Below are positions 33,917 to 47,900 of a stretch of DNA of 64,000 nucleotides, piece after piece. Numbering within the stretch: position 1 is the first letter of the stretch; every line of letters starts with the position of its first letter. The notes under the pieces are model-generated. The model was not told the DNA's origin, made no database searches, and saw only the letters and a program-made list of their open reading frames with translations. Position numbers and translations under genes: made by a program. The stretch comes from Asterias rubens (taxonomy: Eukaryota): the NCBI RefSeq assembly GCF_902459465.1, contig NC_047062.1:21142001-21206000 (forward strand). The letters are read 5' to 3'.

Positions 33917-35940
33917 CTTTTTGGAAACAGTTTTACATTTTCCCGGTGCGTAAAATCATGATTTATTCCACATGAGCTCCCAAAGAAAGATCACTTTAAT
34001 CTTTGTTGGTTTCTTTGGTTTGGATGAAGCAAGGACCGTAGAATACCATAGACCGCAGCGCGCATGGCGAACAAATTAAAACAAACACAATGCCTATTGG
34101 TTAATGACTAAGTTTCAAAAGTGACCCATACAAATATAAACATGAAGCCAAGTGGGGATGCACAATACGGATCTACTCCGTTGTTATTTCGATGTTTTTC
34201 ATTACTGGCAAGATTTGATCATTCCTGTACTTCCTGTATCACATCATTACTTTCCGCTCTGAGGTAAAGTGAACATGATTATTGAAAACAGCCCCAAGGT
34301 TGAATCATACGTATCGCCTTACGCTTTGTAGGTATCACATTAATATGAGGCCACCCAACTTGTACGAAATGACGACACCGTTACAGTTTTTGGTCAAACC
34401 ATGTGGTCTAAGAAAAAGAGGAAGGAAAATAACCAAGTAACCTTTGTTTACAAATAGAGTGACCTTGTTCATTCCAGAGCATTTCCCGACAGGCGAGAAT
34501 ACTATACATTGTCAGGGAATTATTGTGTAATAATTTCCACAATATTTCACGAGGTATTATACACAAGTTTTGAGATGTGCCCTCTTCTTCATATCGTTAA
34601 TAAAATCAGACAGTGGAATCCATATAAGATGTTATGTTTTTTGTTCGCTTGACTCTGTACAAATCGAAGCCCAGCTCTTTGGCTGTTTTTGTAAAAGTGA
34701 TCAGATGGCCTACAAGACTGTCTAACAAACTATGTTGTATCATTGAGTGCCCATAATGTTCACCGAGAAAGCGGCGTACCAGGCCTATGTTTGTTTGAAT
34801 CATCGACTGGCCCCTGTCATTTAAAATAACAGCGGAAAAAGTGTATCGCATGAAATGTCCTTTTTTGTTTTCAGAAAAGTATCCGATCATGCACTAAACA
34901 TGGATTAAAAATCCGGTTGTTTCTTGGCCATGATGTTGATGTGGTTTAGTGGGAGCGTCAACCAAGAGTCGAGTATGACACATCACTCAAGTTGAACTTT
35001 GTTTCAGCAGCATGGAACGTGTAGATGATGTTACCAATGTCCAGCCTTGTTGGACCTATTTCTCGAAATACACTGTCATTCTTTTCTGTGTATCTTGTGT
35101 ACGTGACGATTTGGTTGATAATCACCAGACAGAAAACATCATAATGATAACATCATCGAGTGTAACAAGGCGTTTGCACGAACTGCACGGGTTAAATTGA
35201 AGATAGTTCCAAATTAATATCGCGATAATTCACAAGGGCATTATGATTATGCTCATTCTATACTGGCTGATTGACCCATTACATCGTGGAGGGATACGCT
35301 CGTGTACGGGTGCCGTCGGTACACGAGAAATCTCGGGGTATATTCCTGGAAGTGACACCCTCATCACACACCTTCTTCCGTGTCACAACAAACTAAGCTA
35401 GTTTAAACACTCATGTTTGGCTATAAAATGAGAGAGAACCGAGTTGATTTGTGTTCAACGACTCATCAAAATCATCACAGGTCTACGCGATTTTGCAGGT
35501 GAATGCATTGAGGTCAACGCGGAAGTTCTCACACAGTACACACTGCTGCTCTTCGCCCGTCAACGGCCGCCCCTATTGCTGCACACACACGGGGCACGGG
35601 AATCAGCTGTAACAGGACAACACAGTGACTTCATATATTTATTTCTCTTCAATCATAGACCTTCAATACATCAGAACAAAACTCCTGGACGAGTTATAGT
35701 TGGAACAAGCTTTGAGTGTTAGATATTAGCCGCTTGGAAGAAATAGTGACAGCAGTGTGTTTGGACAACAAACCAGGAACCTCAACATCAGAATGGGAAG
35801 ATACCATGATTCTGCGACCTGCTGATTTTACTCCCGTACGAGATAAGGAAGTGGACTACAAAAACATCTAAACCCGGACTAAAGAGGATTTTGGTTTATT
35901 CATCTACTCACTTTGAAAGGGGGAACATACAACTTTCACC

Positions 35941-38900
35941 ATGGGTGCCAAATCAACCAAAATGGGCCACGTCATGGGCAAACTGTCTGACTTTTTACAT
36001 GTGGACTGTCGGTTTTCTATCAGTGGGGATAGAGAGTCGCGTATACTGATCCTGGGTTTGGACGCTGCCGGTAAGTACCTCGGTGTTTTTTAAGATGCTC
36101 TACACGCTCGTTAAGGGGTCTTCTTGAGAACATCACACAGCTGGCTTAGGAATGTGTTTTAGAAATCCTGGGAACGGCCTTGAGTTATTCCTGGCCACAC
36201 AAAAAATGCGCTATATGCCGAGAACATGAAGCTATGCAGTCTATGATGGGATTGTATGTTAAATATCACAGTCTGGTTATATTATTATCCCATGGTGACA
36301 TCATGCGTTAGTTTATTCAAAATTTCTCAAAATTAAAGAAAATATTGAAACAAAACAGTTTTTTAGAATAAATAATGTATCATGTTTATTGGAACATCTC
36401 AGATCATTACCTAGTTTTGGTTTGATCCAAATCAGACTTCAGAAATCTCGACGACACTCTAAGTGTAACACGGTTGTACAGGGCTTTTATCATTCCGTTA
36501 AATTTTGCTACATGTGCACGATGCCTGTTTGAGGTTCGCTTTGAATTTTGAAACCCATGTACCTACTTGTCGTCAACCAATATTCAATAAACCATACAGT
36601 CCTACCATACGATTTCTAAGAAAGGAGAATAATAGCGGGCAAATAAAGAAAACAAAAAACAAAACATGAACATGAATTGAAAGATACAGGATGCAATACT
36701 TGCTAAATTTTACATTGTCATGACACAAGAGACAGCAGAGAAACTTAATAAAGTGCGAATAATACTGCCCTTGAATGTTATTCTAAGCACGGAGTGCAGT
36801 TGTCCAATGCCGTGTCATTCCAGACAGTGCAGTTTTGACATGACTGTACCATGGAGGAAGGCTGGAGCTATCCATGACTGCAAAGGCTTGGATAACATCA
36901 GCCACCAACTCGATATGAGATATATTGAATTGTTTGATGATTTGTTTCCCTTATGCACATTGGCACCGATAGTCTGGTCTTGCTACACACGCAGTTGGCC
37001 TACTATTACCAGATGATATCACTGGGTTCAAATGAAGAGCTTCCTCGACTTGTTTTGCAGTATGTTATTTGATCGGTCAGAGTACTTGGAACTGAGCTCG
37101 AGGTTTTTTGTCGGATATTGCTCCGGTGGTATTTCCTTTTTCTCGTCTTTTAACAAGCACTTCCCGAACCTCCACACAGTTTTACAGCTAAGCTCATGTT
37201 GTGTTAACTGTCAACTAGTTTGTTTGTTTAATTATGCCTTAATCTTATCTGTACTGAGATTGGAACCCACGTACATGTACATTTGTTTTTCGTCCACTCT
37301 AATTTAATTAAAGATTTACAAGCACGAGCGGTCTATCTACATGTGCATGTTTAGGTCTATATGTACGTCTACAACAGTACATTACTAGTACGTAGTACTA
37401 CATCTTGGTTTCCTTACCACAAAAAAGGTTGCATGAGAAACAGAATATCAGCAATGCTGTCATAAGGTCGAGTTATGAGAGACTGCCAGGGGTGGCTTTT
37501 TGGCAGTTAAGTCTATCAAGCAACCTGCCGTTTACAGCTCTAATACAAAACGATTGTCAAGAAGGCTGTTTGAATTATTAGTACTAAACAAAACAATAAC
37601 AACATGACCAAACAACAATAACACCATTTCATTACACCGAATACTTTAGTTTTGTAGATGGCTCTGTTACGCAATATACTGATATCCATCTGAACTTGTG
37701 GTGCATATTTTCAATCAACGCAACTGTAATGCAATATTCCAGTAGACCCCAAAACAAAACAACAGAACGCAGCATGATATATCTTACACCTCGAACTTTC
37801 CAAAAGTACTCAAACAGATGTAATGGTTACAATTACACAACAAAATATTGAATAAGATTCGAGGAGGGTTACTGAACAGAAAGTACAGAACGTCACCTTG
37901 AATCTAAAAAAAACTTTTTTTTTGCTACCATGATGTTTTTGGGTTTAATTTGAAAATAATAAGCAGGAAGAAATAGTATATGTCTGTCAATTTCTGTGAA
38001 TCATGACACAGAGGAAATTGTGGATGTGTTGTTTGGAGACATCGTTTATAATGCATTTTGTATGGTATATTCCTTATGTATTGACGTCATCAAACCGCCA
38101 TCTTAGAGGTAAACTGATAATGAAACAATGGAATCTCCATGCGAGGGCGCCCTGTTCAAATGACCTCATGTGCATATTATATTGTTGTGATTTCTAAGCC
38201 ATTGGCAAGACTCATACCTCCTCAATATGTGGATCCTCGAGTTTGCGACGTTATTTGTCAGCAGTGACTCTCACCCCTAGTTTAAGAACTGCATGAAGAC
38301 AAAATCGAAATGCTTAATAGGGAAAAATGAAAGATTCATCCCGAAAGTGAAATACATTTTAATTTAAAACAACATAATTAAAAAGCCTTTACACTACCAA
38401 AAGATAATACTTTTATGGCGATGAACCATAATGAGAGCTTTTGAAGAGACTCATTTAAACGGCCATGTAAGCCGAGCACAGCCAGGTATAATGAGCATTG
38501 AAATATTATTTTGGCGTCCATTCTTCAATAGACCCTTATTATTGCTCTGGATTTCTTTCACAATATACACTTATAACAAAAGCAACCCCCAGTGGCTCAG
38601 CTCATGTGGGGCTTGAGCTTGCCTTCAGCACAAAAGGAATATTAATACTCATTGGCTGGTAAGCTGTCAATTTCATGCAACCACGGTGAATTGTTGCGAC
38701 ATTCATTTTAATTGACGAGTTTGTATACAATTGTTGAAGGTCCGCTTGAGTTATTTGGCTGAGCTTTTGTAAGCCCATAATGACTAGCACAAGGTCAAGT
38801 GAGGACGGATATGACGAAATTTGATGGGATTGTGGCGAGAGAGAAGGGATGGTAAACTGCCAATTACTGGACCCTGGTCATTCATTTTGAGTGGTCGGTA

Positions 38901-41900
38901 GTTCTATTCCATGTAAAGCTTTATGCTGCTCCCTTTCATTTTTTTTAACTCGATGCTTTGTAAGTATACTGTAGACTATTGGTAATTGTCAAAGACCAGT
39001 CTTCTCACTTGGTGTATATCAAAATATTTGCATAAAATAACAAACCTGTGAAAATTTGAGCTCAATTGGTCGTCGAGGTTGCGAGATAACTATGAAAGAA
39101 AAAATACCCTTGTCACACGAAGCTGTATGCTTTCAGATGCTTGATTTCGAGACCTCAAATTCTAAACCTGAGGTATCGAAATCAAATACGTGGAAAGTTA
39201 CTTCTTTCTCAAAACTACTTCAATTCAGACGCAGCTGTCTCTCACAATGTTTTATACTAACAACCTTTCCCCATTACTCGTTCCAAGTAAGGTTTTATGC
39301 TAATAATTATTTAGAGTATTTAGCAATAGTGTCCACTGCCTTTGAACAGGGTTAGAGGCGTATGTATTCCTTTTGTTTGTACTCTCACTCATGAATGTGT
39401 GAAGAAGGCTACATAAACGCCACGGGTCTTCAAGATAAAACAATAGATTTTAGTCGCCATGATTTTACTGGGTTCTCCCCATAGAGCTCTATGGTTCTCC
39501 CCCACACCTCCCATGTCACTTTCCGTATCGTTTGATCTGAAGCATGGTTGACGGCAACAAATCAACACTATGCAAATGAATCAGTACTGAAAGAGGGTTT
39601 ATTTGTATGTAGTCTATATTATGTGAATATGGGTCATTGGGTGAACATTTTTTCATTGCATAAAAGTTGAAAAATAGTGAAGTTCATTGTCGAACCGCAC
39701 CCCTTTTTTATTGGTGTTGAACCATAAGCCCTGAATTACCATTACTGTGTACCTAAATAGTGAAATGCACTGTTGAACACAGGCATACAGGTTTTTGTAT
39801 TTACATGAAAAGATGGTTGGTAAACACATTTTGAACGAAATGAATTGTGCGCAATAATGTTGATCTCCCATCACTACAAATAGTCATTGTAAAGAAAGCC
39901 AAATATCGCAACATAATTAACATAAACTTTCATTATTCATCGAATTTCCAAGTCCATTCATATAGCTTTGCTGCGGTGTCACTTAATTACCAAGCCTGTG
40001 CCGATTTAGAACTAGAAGGAAATGTTATTTCAGTTTCTTTATTATGGATTCACATTTTGCGGAGTGGAGATTTAGAAAGACTGTAAGCCGATAGCTTCGT
40101 TGCATTACAATCAGCAGTAGGCCCTTGGGAACTTAAAGGCAAAGTATCGAACCGGTTAATGATAGGTCAAACATGCTTGCGCTTACAGAATAGTTCCAAT
40201 CTGAAAGCTCACTTCTTATAAACTTCATACCAGTAGGTCTCTTGAAAATTGTAAAGGCCCCTAGTTATGTCCCCCTACAGTTACGTCTTTATAATGGTGC
40301 AGTCATCAAACCAATGGTACAAAGAGGCTGGAAGAAAAATAGTCAGGTTCCTTTTTGGCATATTAAAAATCAATAGCCATGATCGATTGATATGGTTGAC
40401 ATAGGGTACAAGACAAAGATGGTGGCAAAGAAAATAGTTGGTCAGAGCAGAGTCGAAAAATGAACCTTGCTTATTTCGCCTATTTTGATCACAGCGATTG
40501 AAATAGACACGCGAGATCGAATCCCTGCAAAACAAAAAACATGTGTTCACGCAACGTGACCTCCTGTATTGATGAAACTCTCACTGCTTGGTTTGAGATG
40601 GCGTGATTAAAACAAAAAAGTAAGATTTTATTCATCCTTCTGAAGAAAAAAAAAACCGCTGACTTATTATCTCTTTAAGTGCAATGTTCAGAAAAGCAGT
40701 TTTGTTTTCTGAATTACAACTGCTGCACGTTATATGATGTTTGGAAACAGATGTGTGGCACTCGTCAATCGGCAATATAGCATTATAATACGACTGCCTT
40801 AGCGTGAGCCAGCGCATGTCCACCCACGAAATGAATGCTAAAACGCGCCTGTGTTGGTGGATGATAAGGGACGGTTTGTTGGATATTGTGTTTTAAATTT
40901 AAGCCAACATCTTTAGCATTTTCTACACAACTAATTTACCCGAATCCAATAGTGCACATGTCCACCCTCAGAATGGCTGATGGCCTGGAGCGTTGGTGTG
41001 ATGGTAACTCAATGGTATTATTTTGAAAATAAAATTCGAAATGAAATGCAACTCGGCCCGTCCATGTATAGTATTTCAGCTTTACAATTATGTTTCAAAC
41101 TGTGAATGATTGGTTTCGGAAGGAACACCACGCGCCGGTTTTCCAATCAGCACGCCGGAGAAACAACCATTTTCATGACGTCATCATTTCGACAAAACTT
41201 TGGGGTCACATTACAATATTTTTCAAAGAAAGCGCTCAACACGATTTTGAGAAACTGCTTATTCATATCCTTTACGGTTTCAGACATGTTAAGATTCATT
41301 TAAATTGCCTGGGGTATAGACAAATCAAATAAAACAACTTCAAAAGTGTCTGCCAATGAATTTAGACAGAAATATTTCTTCCTATAAGAGTATGACCTAT
41401 TACATCTCTGTCCTTACTCTAGGGTTATATGAACCTCGTAAGCTTACATATCAACTTTGTTTTTAGACAATCACAATATCTGTTGTATTACTTCTTTAAT
41501 TCAATGGGCTATTGCATAACAGCTGGATGGCAGCCATCATAAGAGCGTATACATAATCTGGATGAGGAACCGCCATTTATGATATTACTATTCAATCGAC
41601 ATGTGGGTATGATAATGTATCCTTATGCAAGGGTAAAAAGAAACTCGCGTTTGAAAGAATAATCATATACATGACAACAAACACGGGTTATAAAGTATGT
41701 AGGCCTACTCCTATTTCCAGAAAATCCTGTCCCATGAAAAATAACCCGGGAAAGATCCGTTTCAAAAAGTACACATGCATTTCAAAAAGTTTGTTTGTAT
41801 GGTATGTTGGGACTAGTCCATTTTTGACGATCAATGGCCTCATTGGAGCCAACAACCAATATGACAATAGGAGCATCGATGCCAAAAACCAGGAGGCAAC

Positions 41901-44900
41901 CTCTTGAAGTGTGATGAAGTGGGAAATGCTGCAATAACAAGCAATAACACTAAGACTATTATCTGTGGCGGCCATCTTGATCATATCACACGGAAACCAA
42001 CATACAAAACTGGGGCCTGAATTGGAAAGGAAGATAACCCCTGTTATGGTGTCATGAAGGGTCACATGAGTGTTAAAACGGGTGAGCAAAACAGAGATTT
42101 GCTTTTTCATTCCCTCAAGTTTGAAAATATGAATTGAAAGTTTGAAGCTCAACTGAACATGTAGGCCTCTTTTGTGTGTAAAAGTGAAGCCAATGTTTAA
42201 GAGTTTATATTCAGCACATTTTAAAATCTTGCGCAAGAAACACAAAGGTCCGGGTACCAGGTCATGTACAGCTTGTCTCCCAACTATTTTTTTTTTAAAT
42301 GTTACTTCAAAGCATTTTTTTGCGTAGCATATCAATTTCTTCGGTTATATTTTCAGCCACAAGCGACTATAGATTCGGGCCGTGGTCGTTTAGGCGCACT
42401 TCTTGAAATTAATAATTTAGTTACAATCTAAGTGTGCTTGACACTGTTATTCAAGTCCCCAACAGCACATGCAAAATTGTGACACCATTAGCATACGTTC
42501 CCCATACTTGTTTTTAATCCTTACGCCAGACCTTTAATATTATATGGATTCAGGCCATGGTCGTTGGCACACTTCTTGAAATTAATCATAGTTACAATCT
42601 AAGTGTGCCCTGACATTGTTATTTAAATCCCCAACAACACAGCGTGTGTAACATGCAAAACTGTCACATGTTTAGCATACGTTGCCCATATTTCTTTTTA
42701 ATAATCCGTAACGCCAGGCCTTTAACATTACATGGATTTAGGCCATGGTCGTAGGCACACTTCTTAAAATTAATAATAGTTTCTAATCTAAGTGTGCCCC
42801 GAAACTGTTATTCAAGTCCCCAACAACACAGCGTGTGTGTACATGAAAAACTGTGACATCATTAACGTATGTTGCTGAATTGTTCTTAATCCGTATGCCA
42901 GGCCTTTAACATGATATGGATTCAGGCCATGGTCGTAGGCCCGCTTCTTGAAATTAATAATACAAATAATAGTAGTTTCTAATCTGAGTGTGATTGACAT
43001 TGTTATAACAATGTTATTCAAGTCCCCAACAACACAGCGTGTGTGTACATGCAAAACTGTGACATCATTAGCATACGTTCCCAATATTTTTGTTCAATAA
43101 TCCTCATATGCCAGTCCTTTATTATTAAGACGGCGGGTTGGAATCCCCCGAGACCGGGGGAAAGGGAGACGGATCGGCCCCGAGGATACCAATCCTGTTC
43201 ATGACTCATCCATCTCATAACATGGATGATGATCATACCAGTCCAGTCGACCGACACTCCAAGCACAAATCTATATTATTATGAAGATCCCTTTGTGTCA
43301 AGGCACCCCCAGCTACAGAGTCCTAATTTACAGACACGAAACCCATATTTTAAGCCCCCGGAGTGAAATGCAGCGATGTACTTTTTTTTGAGGGGTCCTT
43401 CCAGGATTCATAATCCTGTTGAAGTAATCAGATCATTTCTGGTTATACTAAATCCTGGATAGATATGGCTGATGTTTTTTGGTGTGAATTAAAATGAATT
43501 CACAAAATCCATTTTAGCTTTAAATTATTTATGCCACCTTCATATTTGCAGGAAGTAAGTGCCATGTAGTAAGATCGAATGAAGATGTAACCTTATTTTC
43601 TTAATATAGGGAAATGACCTTCTGTAATTCTTCGTTATATTTCTGTTTTATTATTCATTTATTTTACTATCGTCTTTAGAACATTGTTTATTTTGTAAAG
43701 ACAAATCATTTGTTTTGTGTTTCACAACACACAATAATAAAACTTCGATGAATTTTCCATTGCAATATCATTTTACATAAAAAGATACAGTTCTGCACAT
43801 AAGCACACTCAAATTAAGGTATTATAAATTTTAGAGTTATTCTGCACCATTGCATTATGCCATGACATCCCTGGAAACCTGGTGCAGTCTGTCCACCAAA
43901 AATAACCACACACAAGTCTACTCATAAACTATAGGGTTCTTCACCATTCCAAATCCAATGAAATACAAAAAAGGGAAAGACGTTTGTTGCATGGTTTCTT
44001 CGGAGCCGAGGCTGCTAGACAAATCTTCCAGGTATACCCTAATTCTATTTATAGTTTAGTGAATTGTAATCCTAATGGCACGGAGACACTGCTCCATTCA
44101 CAGGGGAATCTCAACGATCCAAGCGCGAGTTCCGTCAAAATCATATCAAGGGTCCGGCTTGTCATTAGTCTGGGTGCAATATACGTTGTTATTCACCATC
44201 ACTCAATCCCCGCTCGGGGCATATGGTAGTAGCGTGCTTTCGAAAAAACCACGGTAGGGACACAGGAGGTGTGTTAGCATTTTGATTTTTGTAGGAAAAT
44301 TAAAGAGAAAAATCAGCTAATAACTTACACAATTAATAAGACAACTAATGGACGCAGGTGTCAATTTTGAGGCGATAGTGGCCGAGTGGTCATGTACACC
44401 GGACTCAAGCTCCGGTGTTTCTGTTTAACAAGGTGTGGGTACAAGTCCTAGTCATGACCTTTTGTTGACCCAGAATCCAGGTGGGTACAAGCCGAGTCCT
44501 TTTGAATGATCAAATGTTTTGACATGGATTCCGGGTAATTTCAAGTGACCCGGAATCCGGGTCATTTCAAGTGACCCGGAATCCGGGTCATTTGAATTGA
44601 CCCGGAATCCGGGTCATTTGAATTGACCCGGAATCCGGGTCATTTGAATTGACCCGGAATCCGGGTCATTTCAAGTGACCCGGAATCCGGGTCATTTCAA
44701 GTGACCCGGAATCCGGGTCATTTCAAGTGACCCGGAATCCGGGTCATTTCAAGTGACCTGGAATCCGGGTCATTTCAAGTGACCCGGAATCCGGGTCATT
44801 TGAATTGACCCGGAATCCGGGTAATTTCAAGTGACCCGGAATCCGGGTCATTTGAATTGACCCGGAATCCGGGTCATTTGAATTGACCCGGAATCCGGGT

Positions 44901-47900
44901 CATTTGAATTGACCCGGAATCCGGGTCATTTGAATTGACCCGGAATCCGGGTCACTTCAAGTGACCCGGAATCCAGGTCATTTCAAGTGACCCGGAATCC
45001 GGGTCATTTCAAGTGACCCGGAATCCGGGTCATTTGAATTGACCCGGAATCCGGGTCATTTGAATTGACCCGGAATCCGGGTCATTTGGAATGACCCGGA
45101 ATCCGGGTCATTTCAAATGACTATTTGATTGGAAGTGTGTTACATTTTGATTATTGTAGGAAAATAAAAGAGAAAAATCAGCTAATAACTTACACAATTA
45201 TTAAGACAACTAATGGACGCAGGTGTCAATTTTGAGGCGATCGTGGCCGAGTGGTCATGTACACCGGACTCAAGCTCCGGTGTTTCTGGTTAGCAAGATG
45301 TGGGTACAAGTCCTAGTCATGACCTTTTGTTGACCCAGAATCCAGGTGGGTACAAGCCGAGTCCTTTTGAATGATCAAATGTTTTGACCTGGATTCCGGG
45401 TAATTTCAAGTGACCCGGAATCCGGGTCATTTCAAGTGACCCGGAATCCGGGTCATTTGAATTGACCCGGAACCCGACTTCAAAATGTAGCGATTGTGGT
45501 CCCGAGAATTGCCAGGCACAGGGGGGCTAAGTTGGGGGATGCCAACATCGCAAAAGTTGTCTGATGTTTAGGCGATGGGACTGCAAATAAAAAGGACCCT
45601 CATGGGGGACTGGGACTTGAATCAATTATATATCACCATGCGGTCCACAACATCCAGGACGGGAGCACTCAAGCGTGAGAATACAGATTACTGTGCTATG
45701 CTCTCTCCCGTCCTGTGTGCTCCGTGCCAAAAATCGAAAGCTCGCTATTATCGTAGGTTCAACACCTCAACAAGAACGTCTTGCACCAAGACTAGACAAG
45801 TCAATGTAATCACACTCATCGTTAAAGGCAAGACTAGCCTTCACAGTTGGTGTATCTCAACATATGCATAAAATAACAAACCTGTGAAGATTTGAGCTCA
45901 ATCGGTCATCGAACTTGCGAGATAATAATGAAAGAAAAAACCCACCCTTGTCACACGAAGTTGTGTGCGTTCAGATGGTTGATTTCGAGACCTCAAGTTC
46001 TAAATCTGAGGTCTCGAAATCAAATTCGTGGAAAATTACTTCTTTCTCGAAAACTATGGCACTTCATATGGAGCCGTTTCTCACAATGTGTTATACCATC
46101 AACCAATCGAGGTTTTGTGGTCAGAATTATTTTGAGTAATTACCAATAGTGTCCACTGCCTTTAAGCTTGTATATAAATCTACTGTGAAAACATTGGCTT
46201 AAAACAACATACACATCATGGCACAAATCGGCACGCGCGGCATGATTATTTACCACCAACCCATTTAGCACTTAATTTATCTTGGTCTAATTGAAATTCA
46301 CTTTGATTTTATTGGGGCACGGTGATAGGGCAGTGAAAGCACTCATGCTGTCATGCATTTTGTAAGAGGGGCAAGTCACCCATGGGGGACGTGAATAATG
46401 CGTATCACTCTGCTGAGATTGATTGAGGGCAGAGAGGAATGGATGGGTTTAGGACCAATGATCGATCCCTGTGGAACACTGATGTGTATATTCGTGAAGG
46501 AAGATGCCCTATAATTATGGTATCTTTTAGCAGCGGGTTTGAAAACGGGATGAACTTATTCTCAATAGGGTGTATAGAAATCATCAGCAAAGAGTTGTGT
46601 GCTTTTTAGTGGACAAAAATCAGTTGTTGATTCGAGTGGTAATAATATAATATACAAATTTTTAGAATGGAATTTTGCTTCTGTTAAAAAAGAGACGTTT
46701 CCTCGTGTGTGGAATTCACGGAAAAAAGTTCGACCTTTTCAAAGACTTTCGGATATGCCATGACAAGGAGTAGCAACGGATCCTACAAAATCATGAGACA
46801 GAATAATCTAATATATTTTCAAAGGATTCAGGAATTCCTGATGTAAACTTCAGCTTTTCAAAATGGTCTTCGAATGGGTTATTTATGACTTGGTCTGTTC
46901 CACTCATTTGAGCATTATAAACCCCACCGGATAATTTACACTCTTAATAGCGACCTCGTGCTCTTTAAAAGTTGCTTTCTCGAGTGTTTGAAAATGAGTG
47001 TGGAAACTGTGTATAATATCTGAATAAAAAAAAAAGTAAATAACTTTCCTTTCCTGTTATTTTCTTTGACCCTGTGCGGTGTGTTATGTTTTCAGTATAA
47101 TGTAAATTTGTATTATCACGAAATCGGTGCACAGACTGATATATCCTCAGATAGTTTAAATTCTTCAGGAATTCCTCGACTTGAGGGGCTGTATGTATAT
47201 CATGGAGGTTTCCTTCCTCCATGGTAGACCTCAGTGAGTAACTAACCAGACTATTTATGTATGATGGCAGGGACAACCTCATGTTGACCATGTCAAGAAT
47301 GTTGGGAGTTTAACCTAACAAAATACCACATCAATTTCTGTATTTCTAAAAGCAAGAAATGTTTGTATTTCTTTTAATAATAGGTCATACTATCACCGGA
47401 CGTCAATTGCTGGTGAAGATTAAGTTAACTATCATCAACCAACAAATCTTAATATTTCAGTAAAATAACTAGCCAATCATGAATTCTGTTTAATACGTAA
47501 TTTAAGCATACCTCTGAAAGTGGATTTCATTTTTTTTTGTTCTGCAGGTAAAACCACCATTTTATACCGGGTGAAACTCGGCGAGGCAGTCACGACAATA
47601 CCCACAATCGGCTTCAACGTAGAAACAGTCACTCCTGTACCCAATGTCACCCTATGCGTGTGGGACGTGGGCGGTCAGCAGAAAGTCAGAGCACTATGGC
47701 AACACTATTTCTGCGAAACTCACGGTAAGGGTGTTTTCTTTTGAAAAAGTGATTATTCATACTCTATTTTCGAAAGGCATGATACATTGGTAATTGTCAA
47801 AGACCAGTATGCTCACTTGGTGTGCCCCTCTGAAAAGTCTTTTTTTTTTGCTCAATTTGTCTCCAGCTCTCCAATTCTCTTTACCAAGTAATTTGTTATG

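Noticed and set aside
41688-42335. 215-aa minus-strand ORF
   Set aside because: No recognisable domain or splice signals; starts in an A/T run; antisense within the copy-4 intron. It may overlap a decayed repeat, but I could not support a call.
44371-44460. tRNA gene calls for the A/B-box segments at 44371, 45236, 6903-7010 and 13725-13790
   Set aside because: B-boxes are degenerate, there is no closed acceptor stem or full cloverleaf, and each continues into SINE-type body sequence.
44521-45118. CRISPR-like appearance of the palindromic 26-bp array
   Set aside because: The spacers are only 7 nt and come in two recurring types rather than unique 25-45 nt sequences. There are no cas genes and the context is a eukaryotic intron.
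45490-45800. Possible LINE fragment (HGGLGLESI) next to the satellite
   Set aside because: Only one short GGLGL motif in a stop-interrupted frame; too weak to list as a feature.
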